Below, in pieces: positions 1-10,409 of a stretch of DNA of 64,000 nt; the first letter of the stretch is position 1, and each line of letters starts with the position of its first letter. Location: positions 90,038-154,037 of the IMG/VR virus record IMGVR_UViG_3300020577_004280; one strand, given 5' to 3'. This stretch comes from a virus (Duplodnaviria > Caudoviricetes). The notes beneath the pieces are model-generated. The model was not told the DNA's origin, searched no databases, and worked only from the letters and a program-made list of their open reading frames with translations. The translations under genes were made by a program, and so were the position numbers.

Positions 1-180
1 TTAATCAGAGACCTTAATTTTAATGCTACAAATTATGGTATGGGTGGTATGTATTATAATGAAGAAAGCTGCGAAGTAATAAATTCTAAGATAGAAGATT
101 TTGACCGCAGTAAGGCATACCATCATATGTTGGGTTTATGTGAACATAAAAATACTCTTGAAAGATTAAGAACACAATGA
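1..180 (+). CDS. C-terminal fragment of an upstream ORF (partial; probably part of the glycan operon)
   Basis: Frame 1 is open from base 1 (LIRDLNFNATNYGMGG...LERLRTQ) to TGA at 178-180, overlapping the next ATG (ATGA). Confidence 0.6.
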   Translation, partial: LIRDLNFNATNYGMGGMYYNEESCEVINSKIEDFDRSKAYHHMLGLCEHKNTLERLRTQ

Positions 181-1280
181 GAGTCTTATATATAAGTCAT
201 TTATTAGAACAAAGCGGGTGGGGTCAAGCTAGTAGAGATATTCTACAAGCTATGGATTCTGTCGGTATTGACGTAGTACCACGAATAGTTTACGCTAATA
301 ATCCAGCTTATAAACCGCAAGGTAGAATGTTAGCTTTACTACAGAAAAATAGTCAAAATTGTGATGTAGTAATCCAGCATGTATTGCCGCACCTATTTCA
401 ATATAATGGAAACTTTAAAAAAAATATCGGTTTATACTACTCAGAAAGTAGTAATCTAAATTACACACCATATTTTTCTTACCTAAATATGATGGATGAG
501 TTGTGGGTACCATCTAAATTGATGGTGCGTCAAGCTAAAGAAAGTGGCGTAAAAACACCAATATATCAAATACCTCACCCGTTTAACCAGATTGATACCA
601 GCAAATACAATAAGCTACCAATAGCAGAATGTGAGATTGATGATTATGTGTTTTATTATTTAGGAGAAGCCAGTCGCAGGAAAAACTTAAGTGCTTTAAT
701 TAGAGCTTTTCATGCAGAGTTTTCATTTAATGAACCTGTGCAGTTAGTTATTAAAGCTAATAAACCGGGAATGAGTAATATAGATTGCTCTAATTTTATC
801 AACGAAATTTCTGCTGCTGCTAAAGAAAATTCAAAACTATACTATAATACAAATAAATTTAAACAAGAAATTATTATCACTAGTGATATGACCGACGATA
901 ATATTAGAGAATTGCATAAAACATGCGATTGTTTAGTTGTACCTTCTAGTGGAGAAGCTATTAACCTTCCGGCAATGGATGCCTTAAACTTTGGTAATAT
1001 AGTGGTTGGTAATGCGATGACAGGTATTAGTGAGTTTATCAGACATACAGAAAATGGTTATTTAGTTGATGCTCATGAGAAAAAATGCTACGGTATGATT
1101 GAAGGATTTCAAGATATGTACTCCGCTCGCGAATCATGCTACGAAATAGATGAAATAGATTTGATGAGGGGTATGAGATGGGCTTATAATAATAGAGATA
1201 AAAATACCACTACACTATCTCCTACTATAGAGGAAGTTGGTTTAATGATTAAGGAAAGATTAAATGAATCAAGTAAGTAG
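177..1280 (+). CDS. GT-B (GT4-like) glycosyltransferase
   Basis: N-terminal SGWGQA, RRKNLSALIRAF, C-terminal DCLVVPSSGEAINLPAMDAL (ExFxLPxxEA-like motif). Confidence 0.85.
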   Translation: MRVLYISHLLEQSGWGQASRDILQAMDSVGIDVVPRIVYANNPAYKPQGRMLALLQKNSQNCDVVIQHVLPHLFQYNGNFKKNIGLYYSESSNLNYTPYFSYLNMMDELWVPSKLMVRQAKESGVKTPIYQIPHPFNQIDTSKYNKLPIAECEIDDYVFYYLGEASRRKNLSALIRAFHAEFSFNEPVQLVIKANKPGMSNIDCSNFINEISAAAKENSKLYYNTNKFKQEIIITSDMTDDNIRELHKTCDCLVVPSSGEAINLPAMDALNFGNIVVGNAMTGISEFIRHTENGYLVDAHEKKCYGMIEGFQDMYSARESCYEIDEIDLMRGMRWAYNNRDKNTTTLSPTIEEVGLMIKERLNESSK

Positions 1281-2259
1281 TATATTAAGAGAAGCTACAA
1301 GAAATAAATTAGATAGACTTAATATTATCACCGCTCCAACCCACGAAACCTATTCCACTAATATGAGCGGAGTAAACGCAGATTTCTATATGTTTCAACA
1401 TCCATCATTTAAAAAATGGAATAATTCTTTCCGTGGTATGCCAAAAAATCACAGATTGTTAGATGAAAGATTAGAATTAAAGCAACTCCCACAATATATA
1501 GATTATGATGTAGTATTAAGTCAAAATAAGTTTGGTCAATATGATGTGTTATCACAGATTGCCAAACACTACGGACTCCCATTAATCAGTCTTGAACATA
1601 CTCTACCAATGGCTGAATGGCCACCTGCTCAAATGCAGAGAATGAAAAGTATGCAGGGTGATATCAATCTATTTATTTCAGAATACAGTAAGAATAAATG
1701 GGGATTTGATGATGTCCCAAACACATACGTTATACATCACGGCGTAGATTCTGATACCTTTTGTCCGGGAAACAAAGAACGTTTACCTAGAATTTTATCA
1801 GTTGTAAATGATTGGATTAATAGAGATTGGTGTTGTGGGTTTAGTATTTGGCAAAGAGTAACACAAGGATTACCTGTATTTCCAATTGGAGACACAAAAG
1901 GATTCTCAAGACAGTCAAATAGTACAGAAGAATTAGTTGATTTTTATCAAACATCACAAATTTTTATTAACACGTCAACTGTTAGTCCAATCCCATGTGC
2001 TTTACTCGAAGGTATGTCAACAGGTTGCGCATGTTTATCTACAGCTACTTGTATGATACCAGAAATTATACAACACGGCTATAACGGTTTTATTACCAAT
2101 GATGAAAAAGAAATGCGTAACTATCTAGAGTTACTACTTAATGACGAGAAGTTAAGAAATGAACTTGGACAAAACGCAAGAAAAACCATAGTCGAAAAAT
2201 TCTCTTTGGAAAAATTTACTGAAAACTGGGATAACTTTTTAAGAATGGTGATTAAGTGA
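1264..2259 (+). CDS. GT4 family glycosyltransferase
   Basis: VIHHGVDSDTF, FINTST..PIPCALLEGMSTGC, EIIQHGYNGF, LGQNARKTI..KFS. Confidence 0.9.
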   Translation: MNQVSSILREATRNKLDRLNIITAPTHETYSTNMSGVNADFYMFQHPSFKKWNNSFRGMPKNHRLLDERLELKQLPQYIDYDVVLSQNKFGQYDVLSQIAKHYGLPLISLEHTLPMAEWPPAQMQRMKSMQGDINLFISEYSKNKWGFDDVPNTYVIHHGVDSDTFCPGNKERLPRILSVVNDWINRDWCCGFSIWQRVTQGLPVFPIGDTKGFSRQSNSTEELVDFYQTSQIFINTSTVSPIPCALLEGMSTGCACLSTATCMIPEIIQHGYNGFITNDEKEMRNYLELLLNDEKLRNELGQNARKTIVEKFSLEKFTENWDNFLRMVIK

Positions 2260-2702
2260 AAGCATTTATAACAATATCAGAGCCAGCTATAGAAGGCTAT
2301 ACATACATCTCACCTTTATTGGGACATTATTTAAATGATATATCAAATTTGGTAGAGAATAATGAATGTACAGAAATTTTAGCCCCGTCAATTATTAATT
2401 ACTTACCATTCAACCAATTACAACAAACTATATCTAATTGGGTTAGTAAGCTTAGACACGGCGGTAAAATTATTATTGGTGGATACGATATGTATGAAAT
2501 AGCCAAAAGAATTGTACGGGGAGAGATAGAAACTGATTTAGCTAATGTCCTACTTTATGGACAACAAATCAATGTATGGGATGTGCAAAGAAGTCAAATT
2601 ACACTAACAGATTTAGTAGACTTAATGACGCATTTGGGATTAAAAGTAATTAAGAAAAAATTAGATGGAGTAGAAATGATAGTAGAGGCGGTGAGACCAT
2701 AA
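2256..2702 (+). CDS. small class I SAM-methyltransferase-like protein
   Basis: EILAPSIINYLP...NWVSKLRHGGKIII resembles MTase motifs IV-VI; GTG start overlapping the upstream stop. Confidence 0.5.
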   Translation: MKAFITISEPAIEGYTYISPLLGHYLNDISNLVENNECTEILAPSIINYLPFNQLQQTISNWVSKLRHGGKIIIGGYDMYEIAKRIVRGEIETDLANVLLYGQQINVWDVQRSQITLTDLVDLMTHLGLKVIKKKLDGVEMIVEAVRP

Positions 2703-3529
2703 TGTTTATTACACATTGTAGAGATTGTGCTTTTGCTGTATTTGCTAATAATAAACAAATCGGCTGTCAATACGATAGAATTGAAAAATTTAAAAATTTG
2801 GGAATGGAAGTAAAAGAAGTCACAGAAAATGATTTAACCTATTACTCTATTAATACCTTTTGTAATCATTGTGTAAATAAGGATGTGTGGGAAAAAACTG
2901 AAAATCGAGAAACCGCTTTATATAATTTTACAGCTATAAAAAATACATTTATTTTTATTGATGAACAAAATTCAGATTTTAGCCAAACTTACAATAAGTT
3001 ATTAAGTTCATGCCATTCAGCTATATTTGCTGATATTAGACCAAAAAATATATTATATATTCTAACTAATGCTACAAGATTTAATAGTAAAGAAAATGAG
3101 TCATTACTTGACTTAATGAGGTCTATACTAAAAGATACAGGAATTGAATTCTCTATATCATACCCACTTGAGGGCGATACGTGGAATGAATATTTATACC
3201 AAATTAAAGGAAAAATCAAAACTGATTATTTTTCAGTATTTGAATCTGGAGAGAAAATTTCGCCATACTTTAATACCCACTTAAATAATATACTTAATAT
3301 TGATGTAATTAGTTTTATTGTAGTTTCAGCGGAAAAGAGCGGGTGGACAATTAATAGAAAATTCTTAGAAATCTTTGGTTGGCACAACCCTGTGTTCTGT
3401 GGACAAGCAATACTGGATGAAGTAGAATCTAACGAATATCAAAGCGAATTAGTTAAAAAATTAGTTATAAACGGGAAAGATATAGATTTTTATGCAAAAC
3501 CCACCATTAGTGACCATCGTAATAGCTAA
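2702..3529 (+). CDS. hypothetical protein, Cys-rich N-terminus, possibly a degenerate GT-A fold
   Basis: CRDC...C...CNHC; lies within the glycan operon with coupled start/stop. Confidence 0.5.
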   Translation: MFITHCRDCAFAVFANNKQIGCQYDRIEKFKNLGMEVKEVTENDLTYYSINTFCNHCVNKDVWEKTENRETALYNFTAIKNTFIFIDEQNSDFSQTYNKLLSSCHSAIFADIRPKNILYILTNATRFNSKENESLLDLMRSILKDTGIEFSISYPLEGDTWNEYLYQIKGKIKTDYFSVFESGEKISPYFNTHLNNILNIDVISFIVVSAEKSGWTINRKFLEIFGWHNPVFCGQAILDEVESNEYQSELVKKLVINGKDIDFYAKPTISDHRNS

Positions 3530-4286
3530 TAATAATTATGGTGATTATATCAATGATGCTATTACAAGTGCGTTAGAACAGTCTTACCCAAATATTAATT
3601 TGGTAATTGTTGATGATTGTTCTACAGATGATTCTTGGCAAAAGATACACGAATTAATCTTTAAAAAGAGTCAACATAGCAAAGATACTCAAAAACTTTT
3701 TGAGAAAAAAGAATGTAATATAAGCCGCTCTAATTATAATACTAAAATCACGGCTTTTAGATTAAATCAACAACTTGGTCCTAGCGAAGCTAGAAATTTA
3801 GCTATTGAGTATTCAATTAATATTACAGATTACTATGCAATACTAGATGCTGACGATTATTATTATAAAGACAAGATTATAGAATTAATAAATGTAGCTA
3901 TACAATCAGAACAAATTGGTGTAGTTTATGGAGATTATGATATATATAATGTGGATACTAAAGTAAAAAACAGAGAATATAAAGAACCGTATTCTCTTAG
4001 AAGACTACAACAAGAATGCATAGTTCATAGCGGTGCTTTAATTAAAGCTAGTGTTTTAACAGAAGTAAAAGAAAATACTGGTTACTATGATGCTAACCTA
4101 AGATGTGCCGAAGATTACGATTTATGGCTAAGAATTAGCGAAAAATATATAATAATACATGTACCAAAATCATTATCATTGGTGCGTACTCACCAGAACA
4201 ACTCTACAAACAGCGTTAAAAAAGAAATTTGGGAACGTTGTTGGAATATGGTTGCTCAAAAATTCAAAGAACGGAACAATGTCTAA
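3492..4286 (+). CDS. GT2 family glycosyltransferase
   Basis: LVTIVIANNNY, IVDDCSTDDS, GPSEARN, LDADD, EDYDLWLR. Confidence 0.95.
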   Translation: MQNPPLVTIVIANNNYGDYINDAITSALEQSYPNINLVIVDDCSTDDSWQKIHELIFKKSQHSKDTQKLFEKKECNISRSNYNTKITAFRLNQQLGPSEARNLAIEYSINITDYYAILDADDYYYKDKIIELINVAIQSEQIGVVYGDYDIYNVDTKVKNREYKEPYSLRRLQQECIVHSGALIKASVLTEVKENTGYYDANLRCAEDYDLWLRISEKYIIIHVPKSLSLVRTHQNNSTNSVKKEIWERCWNMVAQKFKERNNV

Positions 4287-4995
4287 TAATACAAAATGTA
4301 TCCATTCAATCAAGAAAACCGGAGTCGGTAAGGATAAAGATAAAAAGCTAAGTATAGTTTTACTTAATGCTTTATGCGCTCATCGTATGAAATCTTTTGG
4401 TCCAAGATGTTTATTAAAACTGAACACCGGGGAAAACCTCATAGACAGCCAGTTAAAAATTCTCAAGGAATGTTACCCAAACTCAGAGATTATCATCACT
4501 GTTGGCTTTGATAGTGAGCGTATTATCAAGAAAAAGATACCAAATGTCAGATTTGTAGAAAATCAATTGCATGAAAATACTAATATTGGTGAAGAAATAA
4601 GATTGGGTGTGCATAACTGCGAAACTAACAATATTCTCTTGATACAAGGCGAAACAGTTTTTACTCATACTATTATTGATAATATTACTAAACAAGGGTC
4701 ATGTATAGTTTGTGTAGATAATATAAATAATGATGAAGATGATGTTGGAGCTACGATAGTAAATGATAATCTGACAATTTTAGCACATGGTTTACAACCT
4801 AAATTTGGTGGAATTGCGTTTATTACAGACCCAGAAATTACATATTTTAAACACCACGTGTGTATAAAAGAAAACTCTAATATGTATTTCTTTGAATTAA
4901 TTAATTTATTAGCAGCTAGATTTCATAAAATTAAAGCTATACAGCAACCAGAAGAAAAAATTATTAGAATTGAATCTATCAAGGATATTAGATAA
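4279..4995 (+). CDS. nucleotidyltransferase-like (LicC/NTP_transferase fold), degenerate signature
   Basis: RMKSFGPRCLLKL, EIIITVGF, VENQLHENTN; likely start is ATG 4279 rather than 4159. Confidence 0.7.
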   Translation: MSNNTKCIHSIKKTGVGKDKDKKLSIVLLNALCAHRMKSFGPRCLLKLNTGENLIDSQLKILKECYPNSEIIITVGFDSERIIKKKIPNVRFVENQLHENTNIGEEIRLGVHNCETNNILLIQGETVFTHTIIDNITKQGSCIVCVDNINNDEDDVGATIVNDNLTILAHGLQPKFGGIAFITDPEITYFKHHVCIKENSNMYFFELINLLAARFHKIKAIQQPEEKIIRIESIKDIR

Positions 4996-4998
4996 AAC

Positions 4999-6060
4999 AT
5001 GAAAATCATTATCAGTAACGAAAATAAAAATGCCCACTATTATATCAGAATGGGTTTTGCAAAAGCTCTGTCTGCTTGTGGTCATGAAGTATTATTATGG
5101 GATTTAAACGAAAAAAGCGTGTTTGATGCGTTTGATGAACATCCTGATATGAATGTCTTGGTTACTCAAACTTATAATGTGAATAAAGCTATGTATAAAT
5201 GCCTTAAAGAAAGACCCTGGATAAAAGTAACAATGAAAGGGTCTGATTGGGGTATCGCTCAAGAAAACATGGATTTAAATAGATATCCCATTTTAGTTGC
5301 CAATCCAAGAGAAATAGAAACTATTCTAAAACTACATGACGAAACAGGTAAACCTGATTTTATCGATATACATTACCATCAATCATCTGTGGAACAAACC
5401 CACTCTAAATGGATTGAAAAAGGTATAAAATGTGTTGGATTAATGAGCGGCGCCGATATTTCAGATTACCACGGCGGAAAAATAAAAGAAGAGTTAAAAT
5501 GCGATATAGGATATATCGGAGGTTATTGGCCATATAAATCTCATACGTTAAACTCATATCTTATTCCTTTATGTCAACCACAATATAATTATAGAATTAA
5601 AATTTTTGGAAATCAAAGTTGGGGAGTACCACAATATTGCGGGATGCTACCAACTGAAGAAGCTAAGAATCTATTTGTTTCAGCAAGTATATGTCCAAAT
5701 ATTAGTGAACCACACTCTCAAGTATATGGACATGATATAGTAGAACGACCGTTTAAACTACTATCTGCTGGAGCTTTTATGATTACAGATTATGTCAAAA
5801 GCATGCAAGATAATGTTTTTGGTGATAATGTTGTTTATGCAAATTCTCCAGAAGATTTTAAAGAAAAAATTGATTTTTACTTGAAAAATCCAGAAAAACG
5901 ATTAGACTATATTAGCCGTGGATACAATCATGTGATGAATAATCATACATATTTTCATCGAGCTATACAATTTTTTAATGAATTAGGCTTATCGTATGAA
6001 GCTGAAAAAGTCAAACAAGTTTATACTAAAATACAACAGGATATTAAATGCAAATCATAA
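4999..6060 (+). CDS. CgeB/YkvP-like glycosyltransferase (Glyco_trans_1_2)
   Basis: DIGYIGG, ICPNISE, ERPFKLLSAGAFMITD, NHTYFHR. Confidence 0.85.
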   Translation: MKIIISNENKNAHYYIRMGFAKALSACGHEVLLWDLNEKSVFDAFDEHPDMNVLVTQTYNVNKAMYKCLKERPWIKVTMKGSDWGIAQENMDLNRYPILVANPREIETILKLHDETGKPDFIDIHYHQSSVEQTHSKWIEKGIKCVGLMSGADISDYHGGKIKEELKCDIGYIGGYWPYKSHTLNSYLIPLCQPQYNYRIKIFGNQSWGVPQYCGMLPTEEAKNLFVSASICPNISEPHSQVYGHDIVERPFKLLSAGAFMITDYVKSMQDNVFGDNVVYANSPEDFKEKIDFYLKNPEKRLDYISRGYNHVMNNHTYFHRAIQFFNELGLSYEAEKVKQVYTKIQQDIKCKS

Positions 6061-6950
6061 ATGATAAACGTATTCTTATTACTGGTGCAACAGGGTTTCT
6101 AGGTAGACACCTATTAGACTATCTTTATAGTGATAAAGTACATTTGAACACAAATTCACAAATCAAGACTCTTAAATCTAGACTTAATGATATTAATGGG
6201 ATTAAGGCGGAAATTGACGAATTCCAACCTAATGTAGTAGTCCATTTAGCAGCTATTCCTATAATTAAACCAAATTCAGAACATCCAGATGAAATTATAC
6301 AAACAAATATCAATGGAACCTTTAATCTTATCAATCTTGTACCAGACGGATGTAGATTTGTTTTTCTGTCTACAATTACTGTTTATGGCGACAAACCGGC
6401 TTATTTAGGTCAAATATATGAAAACACTACACTTGAGCCAACATCAATATATTCCGTTACAAAAATAGCTTGCGAAAATCTAATTAATGTTTACTCACAA
6501 CAAGGTAAAATAGATGGATATTCATTAAGATTATGTGCTACTGTTGGTAAATATTCAACTCATGGTATAGTTCACGATTTTGTTCACAAATTACGTTCTG
6601 AAAACCAATATCTTGAAGTTTTGGGCGATTTTCCTGGGTCAAAAAAACCGTTCTTATATCAATCAGATGCTTGTAATGCTATAATAAAAACTATTAATTG
6701 TCTTGGTGGAAAACATAAAGAATTCAATATATGTAATTGGGATAATCTAACTGTATATGAGATAGCTAAAGCTGTAATGGAAGGTTTAAATATTCATAAA
6801 GAAATAAAATGGTTGGGTAGTGCAGCTAATTGGAAAGGTGATAATAAACTAATTAATTGCTCAAACCATACGGCAGAAGTTTTCTTGGGTTGGAGACCTG
6901 AATTTTATAGCTACAACGCTATAGTAAAAACAGTGAGAGAATATGAATAA
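6048..6950 (+). CDS. NAD-dependent epimerase/dehydratase (extended SDR, GalE-like)
   Basis: ITGATGFLG, HLAA, YSVTK (YxxxK), HGIVHDF. Confidence 0.92.
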   Translation: MQIINDKRILITGATGFLGRHLLDYLYSDKVHLNTNSQIKTLKSRLNDINGIKAEIDEFQPNVVVHLAAIPIIKPNSEHPDEIIQTNINGTFNLINLVPDGCRFVFLSTITVYGDKPAYLGQIYENTTLEPTSIYSVTKIACENLINVYSQQGKIDGYSLRLCATVGKYSTHGIVHDFVHKLRSENQYLEVLGDFPGSKKPFLYQSDACNAIIKTINCLGGKHKEFNICNWDNLTVYEIAKAVMEGLNIHKEIKWLGSAANWKGDNKLINCSNHTAEVFLGWRPEFYSYNAIVKTVREYE

Positions 6951-7614
6951 TATAATAGAAAATATCCCGGCTTTTTGTGTCCTTTTAGATAAAAGAATAG
7001 AATTTTGGCCAGAATTAGAATCACAATTCAAGAATGTTGGAATTAATCTTAAAGGATTACTAGTTGGAAAAGAAAAAATGAATTATGAATACTTCCATCA
7101 TGATGTTAATGAAAAGCCACCAATATACGATACCACTAATCAATATCCTTCTTGGGTAAATGGTACTAATGCATTTAACGCATGGATATCCCATAAAAAA
7201 ATATTACAATTTGCATATCACATAAATTGTGATAAAATAATGATAGTGGAAGACGATGTTAAAATAGAGTCAGATTTTCAAGATATTATGCAAGATGTCA
7301 ATCAATATTTTGAGCATCGCTCTTTTGATATGCTACAGTTTGGTGGATATCATCATAATAATACTATCAAAGTATCAGACCATGTAGTAAAAACTCAAGC
7401 AAGCGGTGGATGGCACGGTGTTATAATCTCAAAAAGTATAATTCCACTTCTACTAAGTTTTGAACCAATAGGACCGTTCGACTGGATATGCGAACAATTT
7501 ATCCAACCAAAGTATGACTGTTATTGTATTCATCCCGGTATCATTAATCAAAAAGATGGTTTTTCATTCGTAGAAAATTCAAATTTAACCAAACCAGATA
7601 GGTATACACTATGA
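6943..7614 (+). CDS. GT25-like glycosyltransferase
   Basis: LDKR..., SHKKIL, MIVEDDV, DMLQFGG, PFDW. Confidence 0.8.
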   Translation: MNNIIENIPAFCVLLDKRIEFWPELESQFKNVGINLKGLLVGKEKMNYEYFHHDVNEKPPIYDTTNQYPSWVNGTNAFNAWISHKKILQFAYHINCDKIMIVEDDVKIESDFQDIMQDVNQYFEHRSFDMLQFGGYHHNNTIKVSDHVVKTQASGGWHGVIISKSIIPLLLSFEPIGPFDWICEQFIQPKYDCYCIHPGIINQKDGFSFVENSNLTKPDRYTL

Positions 7615-8171
7615 TAGATGTTCCAGTTCTCATGTCTATTGAAGCTAGAGAAGATGTTTTTGACTTTGTTGCTCACCAAGCTAAAGATGGTATGAATTTT
7701 GTAGAAATTGGTTCTTTTATTGGTGGTAGTATTTGTTATTTTGGACAAAAATTAAGACAATTAGACAAACATGTTAATCTAACAGCGGTTGACACATGGA
7801 AATTCGACAATATTTCTACCGGACATTTACAACTGGTAGAAAACAATGATTATTATCAAGCTTTCCTGCAAAATGTTGCTAAATGTGGATTATCTGTACA
7901 AACTGTAGTATCAGATTCTATAGCTGCCGCCGAAAAATTTGATGATGAAAGTATAGATTTTCTTTTCATTGATGGTTGTCATGAATATCCTTATACTGAA
8001 AACGAGCTAAAAGTTTGGCTACCTAAAATGAAGAAAAATTCTGTTATCGCTGGACACGATTACGAAGACGCGGCTATTAAAAAAGCCGTAGCTAATGTGC
8101 TGGGCGAAATTAGAACAACACGATTAAATCACGAATGCTATCTTAAAGTATTGGGTGAAGGATTAGCATGA
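7611..8171 (+). CDS. class I SAM methyltransferase (Methyltransf_24-like)
   Basis: VEIGSFIGGS, VDTW, IDFLFIDGCHEY, IAGHDY. Confidence 0.9.
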   Translation: MIDVPVLMSIEAREDVFDFVAHQAKDGMNFVEIGSFIGGSICYFGQKLRQLDKHVNLTAVDTWKFDNISTGHLQLVENNDYYQAFLQNVAKCGLSVQTVVSDSIAAAEKFDDESIDFLFIDGCHEYPYTENELKVWLPKMKKNSVIAGHDYEDAAIKKAVANVLGEIRTTRLNHECYLKVLGEGLA

Positions 8172-8818
8172 GTCTTCCAACTTTAGTAGACCACTGTACA
8201 TATCAAGAAATATTCGATAAAGTTATAGAATCTGCTGATGACGGTATAGTAATTGTTGAAATAGGTGTTTTTGTCGGTGGCTCGGTTTGTTATCTTAGTC
8301 AAAAACTTAAAGAAAAAAATATAGATTATAAAATCATAGCTATTGATAATTTTAAATTTAGTAATATATCTACACAAGATAATGAAAAATATGCTCAAAA
8401 TTTACAACCATATATAGCTTATTCTAATAATATTCGTAAATTTAAAGCTAATGTTATTACAATGATTGGTGATTCAATAGAAATTAGTCAATTATTTAAA
8501 GACAATACTATAGATTTTCTATATATAGACGGTGACCATTCAGAGTATTGTATTAAAGAACTAAAACAATGGTTACCAAAAATGAAAGAAAATTCATTAA
8601 TAGCTGGTCATGATTATGACGGGTCAGCACACGTAAGGAAAGCATGTAAGAAATATTTAGGTATATTTCGAATAACTAGTAACAATGCTTCATATTATAA
8701 ACAAATAGGAGAAGGTATCTTGAACAAAAAGAAAATAATTACACCAAAAACAAAAGCAAGAATATTTTTATATTTTTATAGTTGGTATAAATGGTTTATG
8801 GGATTGGTAGGTAAATAA
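8168..8818 (+). CDS. class I SAM methyltransferase (Methyltransf_24-like), paralog of the preceding gene
   Basis: VEIGVFVGGS, IDFLYIDGDHSE, IAGHDY. Confidence 0.9.
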   Translation: MSLPTLVDHCTYQEIFDKVIESADDGIVIVEIGVFVGGSVCYLSQKLKEKNIDYKIIAIDNFKFSNISTQDNEKYAQNLQPYIAYSNNIRKFKANVITMIGDSIEISQLFKDNTIDFLYIDGDHSEYCIKELKQWLPKMKENSLIAGHDYDGSAHVRKACKKYLGIFRITSNNASYYKQIGEGILNKKKIITPKTKARIFLYFYSWYKWFMGLVGK

Positions 8819-9510
8819 TGGAATTATGTCCTTGTGATATTAGAACTCATAGTTTTGCTCAATTAATTAGAGAGATTGAATCTAAAGGTTATTCACCAAT
8901 TAAAAGTAAAGACGTTATTCATATCGGGGCACATGATGGGATAGAAGCAGACATTTACGACTATTTTGGCGCGAAATCTGTGTTCTGGTTTGAATGTAAT
9001 CCATACGTATTCCCTAATTTACTTAAACGTATTAACGAAAAAACCCGGCCAGCTAAACACTTAGCTTATCAGGCAGCTTTATGGAGCGAAGCCGGTAAAA
9101 CATTAGATTTTAACTTTTATAGAGATAAACGCGATGGTGCTTCAGGATTCTATCTTCCAGAGAAAATGTTTGACTACATCAAAGACTGTCCTTTATTAGA
9201 AGAAAAAATTCAAATTAAAACTAATACATTAGATAACTATATTAATGATGGTATTATTGATATATCAAATATTTCATTGTTAAATCTAGATGTACAGGGT
9301 GCTGAATTAGAGGTCTTTAAAGGCGCTAACGTTCTGTTAAATAAGTCTTCTCTTAAATTTATTTGGTGTGAAGTATCTTGGGATAAAGTATATAAAGACG
9401 CACCGGTAATGGATGATATCACCACATATCTTAACAAGTTTGGATTCCAGTTCGGTGGATTAAGAAAAGACTGGGAAATTCATGGTGATGCTTTATATTG
9501 GAGAGATTAA
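8818..9510 (+). CDS. FkbM family methyltransferase
   Basis: IHIGAHDG, FECNP, TLD, LNLDVQGAELEVFKG, EVS. Confidence 0.92.
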   Translation: MELCPCDIRTHSFAQLIREIESKGYSPIKSKDVIHIGAHDGIEADIYDYFGAKSVFWFECNPYVFPNLLKRINEKTRPAKHLAYQAALWSEAGKTLDFNFYRDKRDGASGFYLPEKMFDYIKDCPLLEEKIQIKTNTLDNYINDGIIDISNISLLNLDVQGAELEVFKGANVLLNKSSLKFIWCEVSWDKVYKDAPVMDDITTYLNKFGFQFGGLRKDWEIHGDALYWRD

Positions 9511-10409
9511 TGAGAATTATAGATACATTTTTGTTCAGTGAACCACACGAAAAAGAATTACTACTAACCAAATTTCATCTGGAAGATTTGGGTGTAGATA
9601 AATGGGTTATACTTGAAAGTCCTTATACGTTTCAAGGTGAATATAAAGGATTACATGTTAGTAAAATATTAAACGAAGATATTAGATTTCAACCGTTTGT
9701 CGATAAAATTATAGTAATTAACCCAGCTAAAGACTTTACACCATTACACGGCAATACAAATGATGAAGGAAAGAATTTTGACCGCGAAAACGCTCAACGA
9801 GCTATGGTTTTAGGTCTAATTCATGAATTAGCTGACAATGATTGGGTTATGATATCTGATACCGATGAAGCGGTAGATTTCTCTGACATAACACGAAAAA
9901 ATAACGTACTGTATTATTTAAATGGTCAAAGTTTTTGTGATATGTTCAAATTACAAAGACAAAGATACTGGTTTGATTTCGATAATAAATGTTTCTTACC
10001 AAATATTCATATACCTTTAGTTAAAGCCGGATTAATTAAGCAAAACAGTCAATGTATTATGGCTAGACACTTTGACCATATTCCTAAAGTAAATTTTGAC
10101 GATAAACCGGTCGCGTTCGAGTATTCATACTGTTTTCCTTCTTTTGAAGACGTATGGCGTAAAAAATGCACATATAGTCATACAGGATTTACACAGGAAA
10201 GTGTGAGAACAGCACTAGAATGTAATCATTGGCCACGTTCAGAACTACGTGGAGAAAAAGTAGGTCAAGAGCCTTACGATTTCTTTGAGAAAGTAGAACT
10301 AACAGAAGAGAATTCTCCAAAGTACGTTAGAGAAAACCTAGAAAAATTGAGAACAAATATAGTAAATCCAAATTATAAGGAAGCGAGAGTGGCCAGATAT
10401 GGGGTTTGA
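9510..10409 (+). CDS. GT17-like (beta-1,4-GlcNAc transferase / MGAT3-like) glycosyltransferase
   Basis: IIDTFLF..E..LL, VDKWVILES..TFQG..K, RENAQR, WVMISDTDE; start ATG 9510 overlaps the upstream stop. Confidence 0.75.
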   Translation: MRIIDTFLFSEPHEKELLLTKFHLEDLGVDKWVILESPYTFQGEYKGLHVSKILNEDIRFQPFVDKIIVINPAKDFTPLHGNTNDEGKNFDRENAQRAMVLGLIHELADNDWVMISDTDEAVDFSDITRKNNVLYYLNGQSFCDMFKLQRQRYWFDFDNKCFLPNIHIPLVKAGLIKQNSQCIMARHFDHIPKVNFDDKPVAFEYSYCFPSFEDVWRKKCTYSHTGFTQESVRTALECNHWPRSELRGEKVGQEPYDFFEKVELTEENSPKYVRENLEKLRTNIVNPNYKEARVARYGV

